Below are positions 12,890 to 23,664 of a stretch of DNA of 64,000 nucleotides, piece by piece; the first letter of the stretch is position 1; the number at the start of each line of letters is the position of its first letter. Made by a program: the position numbers and the translations under genes. Source of the DNA: Rhina ancylostomus (lineage: Eukaryota); the NCBI GenBank assembly GCA_030265395.1, contig JARFYF010000002.1, positions 51,387,899-51,451,898 of the forward strand, in the 5' to 3' direction. The notes below the pieces were generated by a model that saw only the letters and a list, made by a program, of their open reading frames with translations, was not told the DNA's origin and did no database searches.

Positions 12890-15160
12890 ATGCCAATCAA
12901 TGGGCACTTTTCTGTATTAACCCCATTGCCCAGTACTTAATCCATAGCCCTCTGTGCTTAAACAATTCAAGTGCTCATCTAGACACTTCTTAAATGCTGT
13001 CAGTGACCCACTTTCAATCACTCTCTCACATTGTACATTCCAGTACTCTCTGGTTGTACAAGGTCCCCTTTATATTCCCTCTGAATTTCTTCTCCCTTAC
13101 CCTGAACCTATGTGCTCTTTAGTAGTTTTATCTACTTCTGATATGGGGAAAACATTCCTGCAGTTTACCCTGTCTACACCTCTCATAATCTTATATACCT
13201 CAAACATGTCTTAACTTCCTCCACTCCAGGGAGAAAGGACCTGGCTTCTCCAGACTTTCCTCATAAATTGAACCGCTCCATCCCAGGCAACAAGCTGGTG
13301 AATCTCCTCTGCACCCTCTCCAGCACTATCATGTCCTTCCTATAGCATGGTAACCAGAACTTCAAGCNNNNNNNNNNNNNNNNNNNNNNNNNNNNNNNNN
13401 NNNNNNNNNNNNNNNNNNNNNNNNNNNNNNNNNNNNNNNNNNNNNNNNNNNNNNNNNNNNNNNNNNNNNNNNNNNNNNNNNNNNNNNNNNNNNNNNNNNN
13501 NNNNNNNNNNNNNNNNNNNNNNNNNNNNNNNNNNNNNNNNNNNNNNNNNNNNNNNNNNNNNNNNNNNNNNNNNNNNNNNNNNNNNNNNNNNNNNNNNNNN
13601 NNNNNNNNNNNNNNNNNNNNNNNNNNNNNNNNNNNNNNNNNNNNNNNNNNNNNNNNNNNNNNNNNNNNNNNNNNNNNNNNNNNNNNNNNNNNNNNNNNNN
13701 CAGCATGGAATCCATGTGCTGGACAACAAGGCATTAATGGAGCCAAATTGAGGACCAGAACTCAAAACCATGACAAACAAGGGTTCCAACACTGGTCCTT
13801 GTGGGACACCATTAATCACAAGCATCCAATTGCGAAAACAACCCTCTAACATCACACTCTGTCTTCTGTTGCCAAACCAATTTTGGATCCAGTTTACCAA
13901 CTTGCCTTGGATCTCATGGGCCCTAACCTTTTGAACCAGTCTCCCACATGGGACGTTTCAAAGGCTTTACTAAAGTCCATATAAATCACATCTACTATCT
14001 TGCCCTCATCGATACACTTGTTACTTCTTCAAACAATTCAATCAAATTGGTCAGACAGGATTTGCTCTTCACAAAGCCATATTGGCTATATCTGATTAGT
14101 CCATGACTTTCTAATGGATCATTAGTTCTCTCCCTCAGCATTTTTTTCCACTATGTTCCCTACCACTGATGTTAGGCTCACAGGTCTATAGTTACCAGTT
14201 TTTTTCCAGCTGCCTCTCTTGAAAAGGGGGACCACGTTTGCTGCCCTCCAGTCATCTGGTACCTCACCATTGCTCAGTGAAGATTTAAAAATCTCAGCCA
14301 ACACTCCAGCAATGTCTTCCCTTGTCTGCTGCGGCAGCCTGAGATAAATCCCATCTTGACTTTCACTTATCCCTTCATGGTTTCTCCAACTGCAAAGTCT
14401 GTTTCCTTTGAGAGTACAAAAGAAAAGTATTCATTTAGGACCTCACCTATACCTTCTGGCTTCACACACAGTTTGCCCCTGTGCCCTACATTTTCCCTGG
14501 TTATTCTTTTACCATTAATATACTTAAGGAGCATCTTTGGATTTACCTTACTCCTCTCTGCCAGTTATCTCTCATGACACCTCTTCCTAATTTTCTTTAA
14601 GTGCCCGCCCTACACTTTTTATACTCTTGACAGGCCTCCCTCATCTTTAGTTCCTATACCTGAAATATACCTCCTTTTTTCCTCTTTCTCCAGTCTTCAA
14701 TATCCCCCAACATCCAGGGTTGCCTATATTTGTTACCCCAGGCTTTCACACATGCAGGAATAATGTTCACCTTCAACTCTTGCTACTTTTCCTTTGAATG
14801 CTGCCCTCTGTGCACATGTCGATTTATTTGCAGGTAGGTGCTCCCAATTTACCTTTGCCAGATCCTCCCTGATGTAAATGAAATTGGTCTTACCACAATT
14901 TAAGACCTTAATTACTCGTCCATTCCCATCCTTTCCCATAACTACTTTAAAATATACGGAGTTATGGTCACCATCTCCAAAATGTTCCCCGACTGACACT
15001 CCCTCAATTTCGGCACAAACTGTGCCGAAAATCTCTTCTGGACACACCTCAAAAATCCTGCCCCCTCTGAGCCTTCAACACTAAGGCAATCCCAGTTAAT
15101 ATTTGGGAAATTGAAATCCTCCAGTATGATAACCCTAATTTTATTGCATCTATCTGAAAT
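12890..15160 (-). mobile_element. CR1 LINE ORF2 (endonuclease + RT) and 3' end, decayed
   Basis: Peptides 'VGEHFGDGDHNSVYFKVVM', 'EVPDDWRAANVVPLFKRG...NYRPVSLTSVVG', 'VNWIQNWFGNRRQSV...GVPQGPVLEP' and 'LERVQRRFT'. Confidence 0.92.
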
Positions 15161-15274
15161 CTGGTGACTTGATGCAAGCTGCTCTCTGCAGATCTACTCA
15201 TTACTTCTATTATAATAATTCTACCCTTTTAGCCTAAATTCTATGACTTTTAGAATTACTAATAAGGTTCTTTT

Positions 15275-15432
15275 GAATCTCTGTAACTGTAACACTTTAT
15301 TGTACATTCTGTTATTGTTTTCCCTTGTACTACCTCAATTCACTGTTGTAATGAAACAAACTGTTTGGATGGCATGCAAAACAAAGTTTTCACTGTACTT
15401 AGTTAAATATGATAATAATAAACCACTTCCAG
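15275..15432 (+). mobile_element. Rex/Babar-type 3'UTR fragment inserted between CR1 ORF1 and ORF2
   Basis: 'ctgtaactgtaacactttattgtacattctgttattgttttcccttgtactacctc...ttttcactgtac...gataataataaacc'; same family as 40600-40832. Confidence 0.65.
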
Positions 15433-15639
15433 ATAACCACCAGTGACTGCACCTCACTGGAGATCCTTCAATCATGTCTCGGTGAGTGCAACAATACCGT
15501 AGATCCCTGTGTTAAAGCTTTGAGTTCAGCTATTGCCAGTTACACTCCTTGCCTTAAAATAGATGCAATTTAGCTTTGAATTCCCTTGATGTGTATATAC
15601 TCACTTGTTCTGGCTGCTGGAATTAACAAAATTTTTCTC

Positions 15640-16175
15640 CTCTAGGTGCTTGTACCTCTCCATCTGAACAACTACTTTGAGTCCCCTGCCCATGCCAACT
15701 CAGATTACACCTTCCCCAAACAGCACTAGCAAACTTCCCAGCAAGGATGTTGGTCTCACTTTGGTTAAGGTGCAATCTGTTCTGTGTGTACTGGTTCTAC
15801 CTTCCCCAGAAATGGTCCCAATGATCTAGGAACCTAAAGCTCATCCTTCTACACCATCCCTTCAGCCTTGCATTCATCTCTATTCCTTTACTCACAACCT
15901 TTGAGGTCCTGCTCTTTTTAACAGCCATCTAGCTCCCTAAACTCATGTTCCAAGACCTCATCCCTTCTACCTATGTCACTGGTATCCACATGTACTTCCA
16001 CCTTTTGTTATTCACCCTCCCCTTTCAAAATGTCCTGCAGCCACTCCAAGACATCCTTGATTCTACCACCAGGGAGGCAATATACCAACCTGGAGTTTCC
16101 TATGAATCCACAGAAATCCTTATTTGACCCCCTTACAATAGAATCCCCCACAACTATTGCTCTCCCACTCTTGGT
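15640..16175 (-). mobile_element. CR1 ORF1 with SGNH/GDSL esterase domain, decayed
   Basis: 'AIVVGDSIVRGSNKDFCG...SRLVYCLPGGRIKDVLEWLQDILKGEGE', upstream of and collinear with the ORF2 remnant. Confidence 0.85.
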
Positions 16176-16607
16176 TCCTTGCCTCCACATTCTGTTAGCT
16201 TTCCTAATTACTTGCTGGAGTTGTTAAAAGTTTCATGATTTGCTTTAATATTGTGAGGTGATTAGTAATTACTGTCAATGAGGTGATTGTAGATGGAAGA
16301 GCACAGGTTTTAGTGCTGATCTCTGGGGAAAAACTGATCATCACCATCCTCTGCATCTTGTTGCAGAGCCAGCGTTGTATTCAAACTGTCAAAGACCCTT
16401 TAACCCCACGGACTATAACTTGCTAACAGGTCTATCCGAATGGTATTGTGCCTTTATAGCAATTTCAGAATATCTAAGAATGTTGAAAGAATGTTTAAAT
16501 AATATCAAGGCATTTTGGAAATTTATCTCCAAATAATTGCAACAAACAGGGTGTTGGCCTTAGTTTAAAATTAACTAATTTTACAAAAAGGTTGTAGAAT
16601 TATTGCT

Positions 16608-16628
16608 TTTTATTATTATTATTATTAT
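16608..16628. repeat. (TAT)n microsatellite
   Basis: 'tattattattattattat'. Confidence 0.85.
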
Positions 16629-18989
16629 CAGCTATTGAATACTTGGTGAATAAGATTTATCATGCAGTTATAATTTGTAAAGCTGGCAGTTAGTGTCTAT
16701 GAACAATGTGAAGCTAAGGCTAAAATGAGGCGATGGGTTAGCTTTTTGTCACCAAATAGGGTTAAATAATAACATAAATAAAATTTCCTTGTTCAGTGTG
16801 AAATATTGGCATTCTTTCACTTTCAATAATTCAATTTGATTTATTGAGAATGCTCATAATAACATTTACTGGTTCTGTAATTAGCTGCCGTTTTGCGTCA
16901 CAATGCCTAGTATTTCCATATAATAAGTTTTTTTTGTAGAAATTAACTGTGAAAATAGATATTTAAAATGAAAACTGCACAGATTGTTCAGTAGCCTCAG
17001 GAATAAAGTTGCAGATTTTCTTCTCTGTGGGAATGATAAGTTCCTCAATGAAGAGACTGACAGGAAGAGAAATTGTTTTTTTTAAATCAATAATCCTTGC
17101 CATCTGTGAGAGATAAAGAACTTAATGTATTTCTATGCTCTTGGACACTGAAGTGAAATGAATATGTGTATAATTACACTTCTTTTGAAATTATGTTGGT
17201 CTGGCAGGATTTCTTAATTATCGATTGTTTCTTGTTCTTTTTCTTGTTTATTATCCATTGTTTCTTGTTTACCTCTCCTTAACTTGGCAATACTCACAAA
17301 TATGAGTTTTAAGAACAAGTAAAGGTCTTTAGACTTGATGAACAAGCTTGTATTTCTTTACATGAATCAGCTGCACTAATGCACTCCTCGTACCCTACTG
17401 TCCCTTATAAAATTGTTTTTCAAAAGCTGTTCATGCTGTTTTCTTCAGTATCCTTATCCAGTAATTTATTCAAAATTCTACTATCACTCAACTAAAAATG
17501 TATTGGCAAAGCTCCATTCTTAAATGATTAATTTTTCTCCCTTGATATTTGAATTGGTCACCATAATGAACAGTTATCCTTGATCTGTTTCATCAGTTTC
17601 TCTCATAATTATGTAAATATACTACCTGATTTGAGCTGACTGACCATCGACGTTCTGTAGGTTTGTGAGTCAGCTCGGCTGAGACTTCCATGGGTGCTTA
17701 GCTACACATGGGAGTCAGAGATGAGCTGGAGGCCAGATGCATCCAACTTCCTGATCTGTTCCTGGGCTCACAATTGGACAGAGGTCACATTGTATCTGGC
17801 CCCCCAGTTTTAGGTCAGGGCTGGCAGGCATGCAAATGGTGACTGCCTTCATTTGAATGGGGTTATGACCCTGTTACAGAGGTTAGTGAGGGTATGTGTT
17901 TGAGTTCTTTCACATTAATATTTTTAGTTATTTAAGTCTATTTGATTAGCTGTTAATTGTCTATTACTATCAGGGATATTTAAAAATAATTTGAAAGCCT
18001 TCAACAGTGGTGAGCTGTCAGTGGTTTGCATTGTCTTTTGGGGTGTGGTCTCATGATGCACAGCCTAAAACCCACTTGTTGCTTTAGTCCACTCCAATTT
18101 TTGTGAGTTCTCTAGGGTGCACTCTCAGCTTTGAGCATCTGGTGAAAAAGAGTGCAGGCATACATACATCAGAGCCACTGAGGCCAGACTGAGTCCATCA
18201 TAGTTTGGTTCATTCCCTCACAGTATTCTCTATTTCACAGGAAATAAGCCTCATCTTTTTAATCATATTTTAAATTCCTGATGTTTGGCATCATCCTTTT
18301 TGTTTACTTTCCCAAGCCATTATTTCTATACTCACTTTACTTCCTGTTGTATTCATTTTTTGGTTGCATTGTTGTGTTAACTTCTTCAGAAGAATTTTGA
18401 TTTGTCATATTTTTTCTCAGTAATTCAATTTGGTGTCTAAAATAACTTATCTAACAGAATTTAAAATCTATTTTATAGTGAGATAGGTGTGGAAACAAAG
18501 AGTTGCTAATGTTTATTGAACAGTATCAGATACATTGCTTATTATATTTTTATTCCTTTTTCATTTTAGGTTCATTAGACATAGGTTAAGTCTCAGAAAT
18601 TCTTAGGCTCTAACTGATTTGGAAAGGTGCACTGGGTTTACATATGTAAATTGGGTATCTAATGCTCTAACATATTGTCTCAGTATCTCCCCTATTAACT
18701 CTCCAAGATAAGGTAGGTTAAACTATCGGGGAGGATACTTTATTCCTGCATGAGTTTACAGTCTCTCCCTCCGGTACCTTCTCAAGCACTGTTACAAAAC
18801 TAGCTTGCACAAGACACAGTCCTTAAAGGGGTGGCACTATCAGAAAATTAATTATTGTCCACAGATTGATATTACATACCAAACATCCCACTTTTGAAAA
18901 ATAAATAAAAATAAGCATTCAAATAGTTATCCCTTCTCTATGTGCTTTATTTTGGCACAGGGGACAATGGACTCCCTTCCAGATCTTTC

Positions 18990-19485
18990 AGAGAATGAAG
19001 TGATTTCTTTGGCTGTTCCTTTCTAGAGATCTGCAGGTCTCACATTTATGTAAATGGGCCCTGAGAGGCTTGACCTCTCGCTGTCTCTTTCCATCCTTTC
19101 AGACTCATTCTCTTCAGGCACTGTATTGTACCATCTTGCCTGGTAGCCTGCTCAATCTTTTGCATCAACAGTTGAGGGATTTGAATATGTTCTGCCCTGC
19201 AGATTGTCTCAACCTCAGTATCCTCAGCATTCCTTGTGTCCTTGAGACAGGTTCAGTTAAACTACATGCATATTTTGCCCAGTTAACACTGAATCCTTTA
19301 TGTTGTATCCTGGCAAGCATTCTCTACAGCCTCTTCAATACTTTTTGGAGAGACTCAATAATAACATGTAATCACCGTGCAGTTGTACAACATCCCCAAA
19401 CTAATATTAACAGAAAGAAATGCATTCTCAGTTTGCACAGAGATTGGTTGCTTGTTAGAGACTGCTTGTGTATGATATAGGCTGG
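18990..19485 (-). mobile_element. Ty3/Gypsy LTR-retrotransposon pol relic (RNase H - linker - integrase zinc finger)
   Basis: Frameshifted minus-strand peptides in pol order: 'QPISY', 'VQTENAFLSV' (cf. YAQIEKExLA), 'KRL*RML..GYNI..Q..LGK.MHV', 'KIEQATRQDGTIQCLKRMSLKGW', 'HKCETCRSLER' (CxxC). Confidence 0.7.
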
Positions 19486-20044
19486 GGACATAGTAACACA
19501 GTGGCACAGCTGGTGGTACTGCTGCCTCACAGCTCCAGCAACCCGTGTACAATCTTGACCTTTGGCACTGTCTGTGTGGAGTTTGTATGATCCCCTGGAT
19601 GCTTCAGTTTTTTCACACATCCAAAGACATGTAGGTTGATACTGTATTGCACTCTAATTGCCCTTAGTATGTAGGTGAGTGATGAAATCTGTGGGGAGTT
19701 GGAATTGGTTTATTATTGTTGTCACTTGTCCTGAGGTACAGTAAAAAACTTGTCTTGCATACCATTCATACAGATCAATTCATTACACAGTTCATTGAGG
19801 TAGTACAAGGTAAAACAATACAAAATGTAGAATAAAATGTCACAGCTGCAGAGAAAGTGCAGTGCTGCAGGTAAACAATGAGGTACAAGGTCATAACAAG
19901 GTAGATTGTGAGGTCAAGAGTTCATTTTATCATAGTTGATGAGAATGTGGGGAGGATAAAAATTGGATCAGAATAAATGGGTGCTTAAAGTTTGGTGCAG
20001 ACTCAGTGGGTGAAAGGGCCTTCTTCCATGGTGTGTGACTCTAT
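19483..20044 (+). mobile_element. V-SINE family B (HE1-like, CR1-type tail), interrupted at 19702-19933
   Basis: tRNA head 'gtggcacagctggtggtactgctgcctcacagctccagc', V core 'tgtctgtgtggagtttg...catccaaagacatgt', tail 'gggtgaaagggccttcttccatggtgtgtgactcta'. Confidence 0.85.
19702..19933 (-). mobile_element. Rex/Babar-type 3'UTR fragment nested in the V-SINE, 5-bp TSD AGTTG
   Basis: Reverse complement of the 40600-40832 element. AGTTG at 19697-19701 and 19934-19938. Confidence 0.75.
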
Positions 20045-20047
20045 TAG

Positions 20048-20320
20048 GGATGGTCATTTTAAACAGGTACTTAGGAACAACTTCTTGCAGAGGGTGGTGA
20101 ACCTCTGGAATTCTTTGCCCTAGAGGATAGTAGAGTCTAGATCATTGGGGGTATTTAATAAGGAAGTGTATACATTTTTGAAATATTAAGGTATGGAAAG
20201 CTATAGAGAATTGGCATTGAAGAGGAGATGAGAACCATGACAGATGGTCGTATTGAATGGTGGGCTGAATGAGGGGCTGAATGCCCTACACTTGCTCCTG
20301 CTTTCTTATATTTTTATGTC
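20048..20320 (+). mobile_element. CR1 3' end
   Basis: 'cagagggtggtgaacctctggaattctttgcc...tattgaatggtgggc...gaggggctgaatgccctacacttgctcctgctttcttat'. Confidence 0.8.
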
Positions 20321-21129
20321 TGGAAGATTCCTATTGTAGTTTTAGCCACAGTATTTTGAAATGACTGTAGATTCTAAGAACCAATGCCCTCCAGGTACTC
20401 TGAGCCCTGCCTCTTCCCTTTGATATGTTTATGAAATCTTCAGTAGCACAAATTTAACAGCAAGTAATTGCTTCTTAACAAGGTTTTAACAAGCGAAGGA
20501 CATCAATTGCAAGTCAGTGTTAAAATGGATTAAATTTGATTAGTCCCAGGAGCAATTTATGGAAAGTTGGATGTGCCTGGATGTCCCTGGAACATCTATA
20601 TGAAACATTAGCTTTCCTGATCATTTGCAATATATGCATACCAGCTCTTTGCATAACGGATCCTTACACACTTCCTGGAACATTTATATGAAATGCAAAT
20701 CAGAAATCAAATGTAAATGAAACTAATAGGCAGTAAAGAGACTGCTGTTCATACTCTATTTACTTGTATGTTAACATTTATTAATACCATAATGTTTTCA
20801 TGACCTGTAAGCTAGGACCACTTTGATCTGTGTCATCAAATGGCTATCACTCTCTTCGAAAAAGCTGTGACTGTATCTCTATGGCAGCCTTTGAGCAGTC
20901 AGTTCCATCATGCTGCATGCACCATATCACACCCAGGGGAGAGGCTGCATAAAGTTGAATTGCTTGGTTCATCAGAGGGTTAGTTAAATGTTTCCAGAAG
21001 GAACAATACAAAGTCTATTTTATGAACAAACATTCTTGTCAGAAGCCTTGCCTAGCAGAAGATAATAAATTAACCTATTAATTTTATTTATCCTTTGACA
21101 GTTTAAGATATTCTGCAAGGTATTGCTAA

Positions 21130-21918
21130 ATGAAATCCATATCAAATTTAATCCCTTGATAGGCAGAGATTAAGTGACTTGACAAAGATCTGGCAAAATG
21201 AATGTAGTTTGAGAAAATATGAAATTGTACATTTTTGGCAGGAAAAATAAAAAGGAAGTATGTAAGGATCCGTTATGCAAACAGCTGGTATGCATATATT
21301 GCAAATAATCAGGAAAGCTAACAGTTGTTCATTTCTAGAGATATTGAATACAAAAGTAGGGAGGTTATATACTTCAGTTATATATGGCAATGGTGAAGTA
21401 ATGGGTACAATATAGGCCTCTTGTTTAAGGAAAGATATAAATGCATTAGAAGCAGTTCAGACAGGTTTTACTAGACTAATTCCATAGGACCATTTTATGA
21501 GGAAAGATTGGACAAGCTAGGCTTGTATCTACTGGAGTTTAGAAGACAGAGTGGAGACTTCATTGTAACATACAAGAGCAATCTTAATGGAGTGGATGTG
21601 GAGAGGATGTTTTCTCGTGTGGGAGAATTTAGAACCAGTGATCACTGTTTAAAGATAAGTGATTGCTCAATTAAGACTGAAATGTGGTGATCTTTTTCTT
21701 TTAGTGGGTTATGAGTCTTTGGAACTGACTTCCCCACAGGGAGGTGGAAGCAAAATCTTTGAATATTAAGTCAGCAGCAGAGAGATACTTGATAAGCAAG
21801 GGGAGAAAGGCTGTGAATGTGGAGTTGAGGTTACAATCAGATCAGCCACAGTATTATTAAACAGCAGTGCTAACTCAAGGGGCCAAGTGACCTACACTTG
21901 CTCCAATTTGTATGTTCT
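21130..21918 (+). mobile_element. CR1 ORF2 C-terminus and 3'UTR, decayed
   Basis: 'LDKLGLYLLEFRRQSGDFIVTYK...GVDVERMF'; tail 'ggggccaagtgacctacacttgctccaatttgtatgttc'. Confidence 0.85.
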
Positions 21919-22390
21919 CTTGTAGTCTTAATCTACAGGTTTTCATCTAACAATGTGATACTTTGCAATATCTGGGCAGATAATTCAGTTTTTGTGATGA
22001 ATAATAATTATTAAGCATGTGAATATTTCCTTATAGGTAATAAACCTGGGGTTGTATGTGTCACAAGGCACATACCCAATGAAAGCTGTCTTTTGCTGTG
22101 AGCATCAGTGGAAGTTTGGGTGATCGAACAAACATTGGGTAATGATCATAACAGCCAATCATTACCTCAATTTACAAAGTGGTCAAAAGAGCCATAAGTT
22201 ATATTTACAAGTTATATTTTACAATAATTAAATTTACAGTTATAGTACAAATTATATTTACACAGCACAATGCTTGAATTGTAAATTTTGGTTTATGCAT
22301 TTATATATATTCCAGAACTAATGTATGTGTTGGCAGTTAAGGATGTTCTCCCAGTGATGATTTTGTGATAATAAATCCAATTTCACTCAC

Positions 22391-22671
22391 CACACCATAA
22401 AATCACATGCAAGCAATTTACAGAAGGCATCGGTGATGGCAAACATTAACGCATTTGCAGTCAAAAGTCAATAATTACAGGTCTCCTGTTTACAGTAATC
22501 AAAGTGCACTAAATCCACTTTAATGCTATTAGGTCTGCAGCTGCTCTTGGATTAATTCCACCATCGATATCATAGCATGTGGATTAGGAAGAATTTTCCA
22601 GAGCTTCGGAAAGAGGTCTGATTTTCAAGGTCAGTTTTTGATCAGTATGCTCCAGCAACATTGAAGCTCTC
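22391..22671 (-). ncRNA. Candidate non-coding internal exon (281 nt)
   Basis: Minus-strand acceptor 'ctctcattctttgtggcag|G' and donor 'GTG|gtgagt'. All three frames contain stops; the sequence looks non-repetitive. Confidence 0.3.
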
Positions 22672-22799
22672 CTGCCACAAAGAATGAGAGTTTTAATTAT
22701 AAGACCTGAGTGCATAATTGACATCAGTATCACCTACTTTTTGGGTGCTGAAGTTGTTGTATATGTATAAAAATGGCAAACTCTTCTGCCATGACTTAT

Positions 22800-23200
22800 A
22801 ACACAAAAAAAGGACACCAGGTCCCTCAAGTCTGCCCACCATTCAGTCTGATCATGGTTGATTTCTGCTGGCCTCAACTCCTCCTCTGTGCCAGTTGTCT
22901 ATAACCTTCAATTTCTCAATCTTTCTAATATTTATCTTTCTTCCCCTTGAATACTTCTGGTGACCTAGGCTCCACCACCCTCTGGGGCAGAGAATTCCAG
23001 AGATTCACTGCCCTCTGAGAGAAGAAATTTCTATACACATCAGATTTAAATGATGGGCCCCTTGTAACTATGTCCCGTTATTCGTGACTCTCCCACTAGT
23101 GAAAACATTTCAACATCTTTTCTATCAAGCCCCCTTATTTGTTTGAATAAAGTCAGCCCCCATTCTTCTGAACTCCAAGGCCTACAGACCCAAATGGTCT
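22800..23200 (-). mobile_element. CR1 3' end
   Basis: 'ctccaccaccctctggggcagagaattccagagattcactgccctctgagagaagaaattt', the reverse of the CR1 ORF2 end. Confidence 0.8.
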
Positions 23201-23664
23201 AGAATCAAACATGTTACGTGCCACCTTGAGAAAGGATAAATAAAAAGCATTCTTTATCCACGTCTGCAGAAGCAGACATTAGAATATTTGTATATGCAAA
23301 TACACTCAGATTTCACTGCCATCACAGGTCTCTGAAACTCAGTAAAACTAGTTGCAGAAGGTGTACCTTGCTGGTCTGAAGCACCTCATAGTCAAATAAT
23401 GAGGCTCTGAGTGGCAGCAGAAGCTTACACAACACAGTGGAGAAATCTCACAGCTCAAACTCCCCTGGAAACTTTGACTACTGGCAAAGACCTGCTTCCT
23501 GTTTTGCCAGGTGTCAAAGATGTCAGGGATTTGAAATGTATTATAATATCCATCATTTCAGAAATACTGACAAACTATTAAAGCAAAATTAAGAAGTGAA
23601 AAAAAAATGAAAATAAAAAGCAAAAATACTTAAAAATCATTTTAATTAAGTATACCTGAACCAT

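Noticed and set aside
13261-13900. Long ORFs of 117-186 aa in the ORF track
   Set aside because: They consist mostly of N-gap; the real parts are CR1 RT fragments.
19070-19480. 136-aa plus-strand ORF
   Set aside because: It is the antisense frame of the Gypsy pol relic.
23280-23460. Octamer ATGCAAAT and a CACAGTG heptamer suggesting an immunoglobulin/TCR segment
   Set aside because: No nonamer at 12/23 spacing and no V, D or J coding sequence.
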